A stretch of 64,000 nt of DNA, taken from the NCBI RefSeq assembly GCF_009914755.1, contig NC_060947.1, one strand, 5' to 3'. Under the pieces are notes generated by a model that did no database searches, was not told where the DNA came from, and saw only the letters and a list, made by a program, of their open reading frames with translations. Every line of letters begins with the position of its first letter. Within the stretch, counting starts at the first letter, position 1. A program made the position numbers and the translations under genes. Source of the DNA: the human T2T-CHM13v2.0 reference genome, Homo sapiens. Shown here one piece after another: positions 61,098 to 64,000 of this stretch.

Positions 61098-61340
61098 CTA
61101 GTCCATGTTTCTCCAACACAAGTTTGCTGAGCATGTTTTCACTCCACGTAGTCCCTACCCTCAGGACTGGTGGGAGAAGAGGCTGGCTCAGTGCCTGGCA
61201 CTTAGTAAGCACGCAGCACATGCCAGCCGCTGCTGGTACTGCTCTCATTTCCAAGAGCCTGCTACGGGTGAGGTGCGTGCCGGGTGCTTTGGCACGGGGA
61301 GCCTGGTAGCCCTGGGTCTCTCCTCTCTCAAATGATACAG

Positions 61341-61544
61341 TCCAAGCACCTGGATGATGAGTATGAGAGCAGCGAGGAGGAGAGAGAGACTCCCGCGGTC
61401 CCACCCACCTGGAGAGCATCACAGCCCTCATTGACGGTGCGGGCTCAGTTGGCCCCTCGGCCCCCGATGGCCCCGAGGTCCCAGATACCCTCAAGGCACG
61501 TACTGTGCCTGCCCCCCCGCAACGTGACCCTTCTGCAGGAGAGG
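61341..61544 (+). CDS. MAGED4: MAGED4 exon (204 nt)
   Basis: TACAG|SKHLDDEYESSEEE..NVTLLQER|GTAAGA. Confidence 0.92.
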
Positions 61545-61647
61545 GTAAGAAGCCCACCCTCCCCCATCTCCTTCCTCTCCTCCCTTGTGGGCCACGTCTC
61601 TGCTGTCACCCATGCCTTGACCTCCCCGCATGTTCCTCCTTCTCCAG

Positions 61648-61711
61648 GCAAATAAGTTGGTGAAATACCTGATGATTAAGGACTACAAGAAGATCCCCAT
61701 CAAGCGCGCAG
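61648..61711 (+). CDS. MAGED4: MAGED4 MAGE-homology-domain exon (64 nt)
   Basis: CCAG|ANKLVKYLMIKDYKKIPIKRA|GTAGGC. Confidence 0.93.
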
Positions 61712-61904
61712 GTAGGCAGCCTGTGCCCCCTTCACCATCCCCTAGTCTGTGGGCATCCCTTTGCTTGCGTGCCACGGCTGGTCCCTCCATAGCCACAGGA
61801 CGGGGTCCTGGCTGCGTCACCCTCGGCAGAGCTGACCAAGGGGCTACAGCTCTATGACCCCTGCTCAGCCCAGGTGCTTTCTCCAACTCTTCCCCCTCCT
61901 GCAG

Positions 61905-61984
61905 ACATGCTGAAGGATGTCATCAGAGAATATGATGAACATTTCCCTGAGATCATTGAACGAGCAACGTACACCCTGGAAAAG
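61905..61984 (+). CDS. MAGED4: MAGED4 MHD exon (80 nt)
   Basis: GCAG|(D)MLKDVIREYDEHFPEIIERATYTLEK|GTGGGT. Confidence 0.93.
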
Positions 61985-62372
61985 GTGGGTGCAGGATGGG
62001 AGCAGCTCTGTGGGGGAAGAGCGGGCATGGGGGTGCGGTGACCCTGCAGCCCCTCAAGGCCCAGTCTCTGGAGCCATCTCTCACCTCTCCGACTCTGAGC
62101 TTCCACTGCACTGGCAGTTTGACTCGTGCTTCCTGCCCTCGGCTTCTCTCTCTCATGCTCTCTGAGTGTCTCGCCGTCTGGCCAGGTGGGTCTCATCGCC
62201 TCTGCCAGCGTCAGCTCCCACAGCGAAGGTCTTCCGTGTGCTGTCTTCTTCTGCCCTCGCTCACGAGTTTGGATTCCTTGCTGAGGAGCAGTTCTAACCC
62301 GGAATCACTGTCTGCCGGCAGGATGCCCAGCATGGGGTTTGGATCTCACACTCTGTTTTCTCCCCCACGTAG

Positions 62373-62464
62373 AAGTTTGGGATCCACCTGAAGGAGATCG
62401 ACAAGGAAGAACACCTGTATATTCTTGTCTGCACACGGGACTCCTCAGCTCGCCTCCTTGGAAA
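62373..62464 (+). CDS. MAGED4: MAGED4 MHD exon (92 nt)
   Basis: GTAG|KFGIHLKEIDKEEHLYILVCTRDSSARLLG(K)|GTAAGA. Confidence 0.93.
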
Positions 62465-63085
62465 GTAAGAAAGGGAAAGCGGGTCGTGGCCTTCCTCGGT
62501 GGTGTCCCTTCCCTGCCCACACCCCTTCAGTGAAGCAGGAAGACGGGGCTTGAGTGCGGCGCACCGCTCCCACACACAGCGAGGGCTGCCTGGTGACTGC
62601 TGGATGAAAGGAATGATAGCCTGGGGTGAGGCCTTGCTGCCATCAGTTCTCCCCAAGCTGCTGCCGGGCTTTATCCCCAAAGCTTCGGAGGAAAGTGCCT
62701 CTTCCTCCTGCCTGCCTGGCCTGGGCCTGGCAGAGCTGGCCTAGGGGAGAGCTGCCTCTTCAGTGTAGGTGCTGATGTGGAAGGGGCAGGAAAGGTCTGG
62801 AGCCATCTCTGGGCACACGTTTGCCATTTGCAGAGCTTCGGCTCCCTGCCTCGCCCTGTCCTCTGCAGAACCCTGTCAGGGAAGTGTTAGTACCCATGTT
62901 TTATAGAGGAGGCGATTAAGTCTCAGGCGGAGGTGCGAATGGTCTGTCAGCAGCTAGTGAACTGTGCCTGTCCTGGGAAGAGTTCCCCTCAAGCTGGGAA
63001 ACCTGAGAGAGGCTAGTTGGGAGAGCCTGGTGGTGTCTCTCAGGCAAATAGCTGCTAAACAGGATTTCTCTTTCCACACCTTTAG

Positions 63086-63165
63086 AACCAAGGACACTCC
63101 CAGGCTGAGTCTCCTCTTGGTGATTCTGGGCGTCATCTTCATGAATGGCAACCGTGCCAGCGAGG
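63086..63165 (+). CDS. MAGED4: MAGED4 MHD exon (80 nt)
   Basis: TTTAG|TKDTPRLSLLLVILGVIFMNGNRASE|GTGAGT. Confidence 0.93.
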
Positions 63166-63250
63166 GTGAGTGGCTGGACCTGCAACTGGGGGGCTGCCCA
63201 TAGTCTCATCTTCTGGGTGCCAAACTCTCGTACCTCCTCTCCCCTCGCAG

Positions 63251-63293
63251 CTGTCCTCTGGGAGGCACTACGCAAGATGGGACTGCGCCCTGG
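63251..63293 (+). CDS. MAGED4: MAGED4 MHD exon (43 nt)
   Basis: CGCAG|(A)VLWEALRKMGLRP(G)|GTATGA. Confidence 0.93.
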
Positions 63294-63684
63294 GTATGAT
63301 TGGCCTCTCCAGCTCCTCCCCTCGGTGCTATCCTCTGGCCAAAGAGGTCCTGGGATTGCAATAGCCTGGTGGTCTGGCGCAAGGGCGTGGGGTGCCCTGG
63401 GCTCGGTAGAGAGCAAAGGATCTCACCAGGGCGGATGGGGAAGCGGTGCTGGACGCTGCTCAGCCCTCTCTCTGCTCTGTGGCCCCAGATGACATCTAAG
63501 AGAGACAGTCAGAGTCAGGGATTCCATCAAATCCCTACCTGGGGCGTCCCTGACCAACAGTCCTCTGGCCTCTGCTGCATGCCCAGGCCTCCACAGCGAC
63601 TCCCCGGGGGCTGGGAAGTCATAGTCATGCTAGGGAGGGCCCCTGCCACCGTCTCTGCTCATGGATTCCTTTCCTTGCCCTCAG

Positions 63685-63747
63685 GGTGAGGCACCCATTC
63701 CTCGGCGATCTGAGGAAGCTCATCACAGATGACTTTGTGAAGCAGAA
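63685..63747 (+). CDS. MAGED4: MAGED4 MHD exon (63 nt); gene continues beyond the window
   Basis: CTCAG|VRHPFLGDLRKLITDDFVKQ(K)|GTAAGT; splice phases are consistent across all exons. Confidence 0.92.
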
Positions 63748-64000
63748 GTAAGTATCACCTGAGCTAACTGCGGCTCTCACTCGAGCATCCTTTGTGTGCT
63801 GGTCTGGCTGAGAAAGCAGTTCCCTATCCCAAATCTTCAACTGGAGGGATGGGTGCCTCTGACCTGGGAGTGAGTGGCAGTGGGGGGTATGCGAGTGTGT
63901 GGGGAGCCGAAGGCCAGGGCGGTCTTGGGAAAAGGGAGCTCACGTCACCTGAGAACACGGTGTGGGGTGTGAAAACGGCCGCCATCACCTTGAGCACCTG

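Noticed and set aside
58183-61557. Long overlapping/antisense ORFs (192, 179, 220, 313 aa)
   Set aside because: Expected from GC-rich, stop-poor CpG island and exon sequence.
63294-64000. Intronic SNORA11-family H/ACA snoRNA, expected in MAGE-D genes
   Set aside because: No convincing match visible; probably in a later intron beyond the window.

Overview
Primate, almost certainly human, X-chromosome DNA. About 58 kb is dense nested transposable elements (L1 of many ages, Alu, Tigger1, MER4/MST/MLT LTRs, L2, MIR). It is followed by a CpG-island promoter and the first 10 exons of a MAGED4/MAGED4B gene on the + strand, which runs off the right edge. Almost all listed ORFs are decayed L1 or Tigger1 pieces or GC-rich noise. 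The main unexplained structure is a fossil inversion. Two head-to-head full-length L1PA4-like elements (19031-24985 minus; 33628-39770 plus) have swapped flanks: a Tigger1, a twin-primed L1 and an old L1MA are each split in two, with halves and target-site duplications in opposite orientations. These two L1s and a third (44485-50641) share inactivating mutations in a patchwork, which points to ectopic gene conversion. Old repeats from about 50.7 kb onward show CpG/GC gain that may mark entry into the MAGED4/MAGED4B inverted-repeat arm. Repeat subfamily calls are by eye and from memory of consensus sequences, and many boundaries are approximate.
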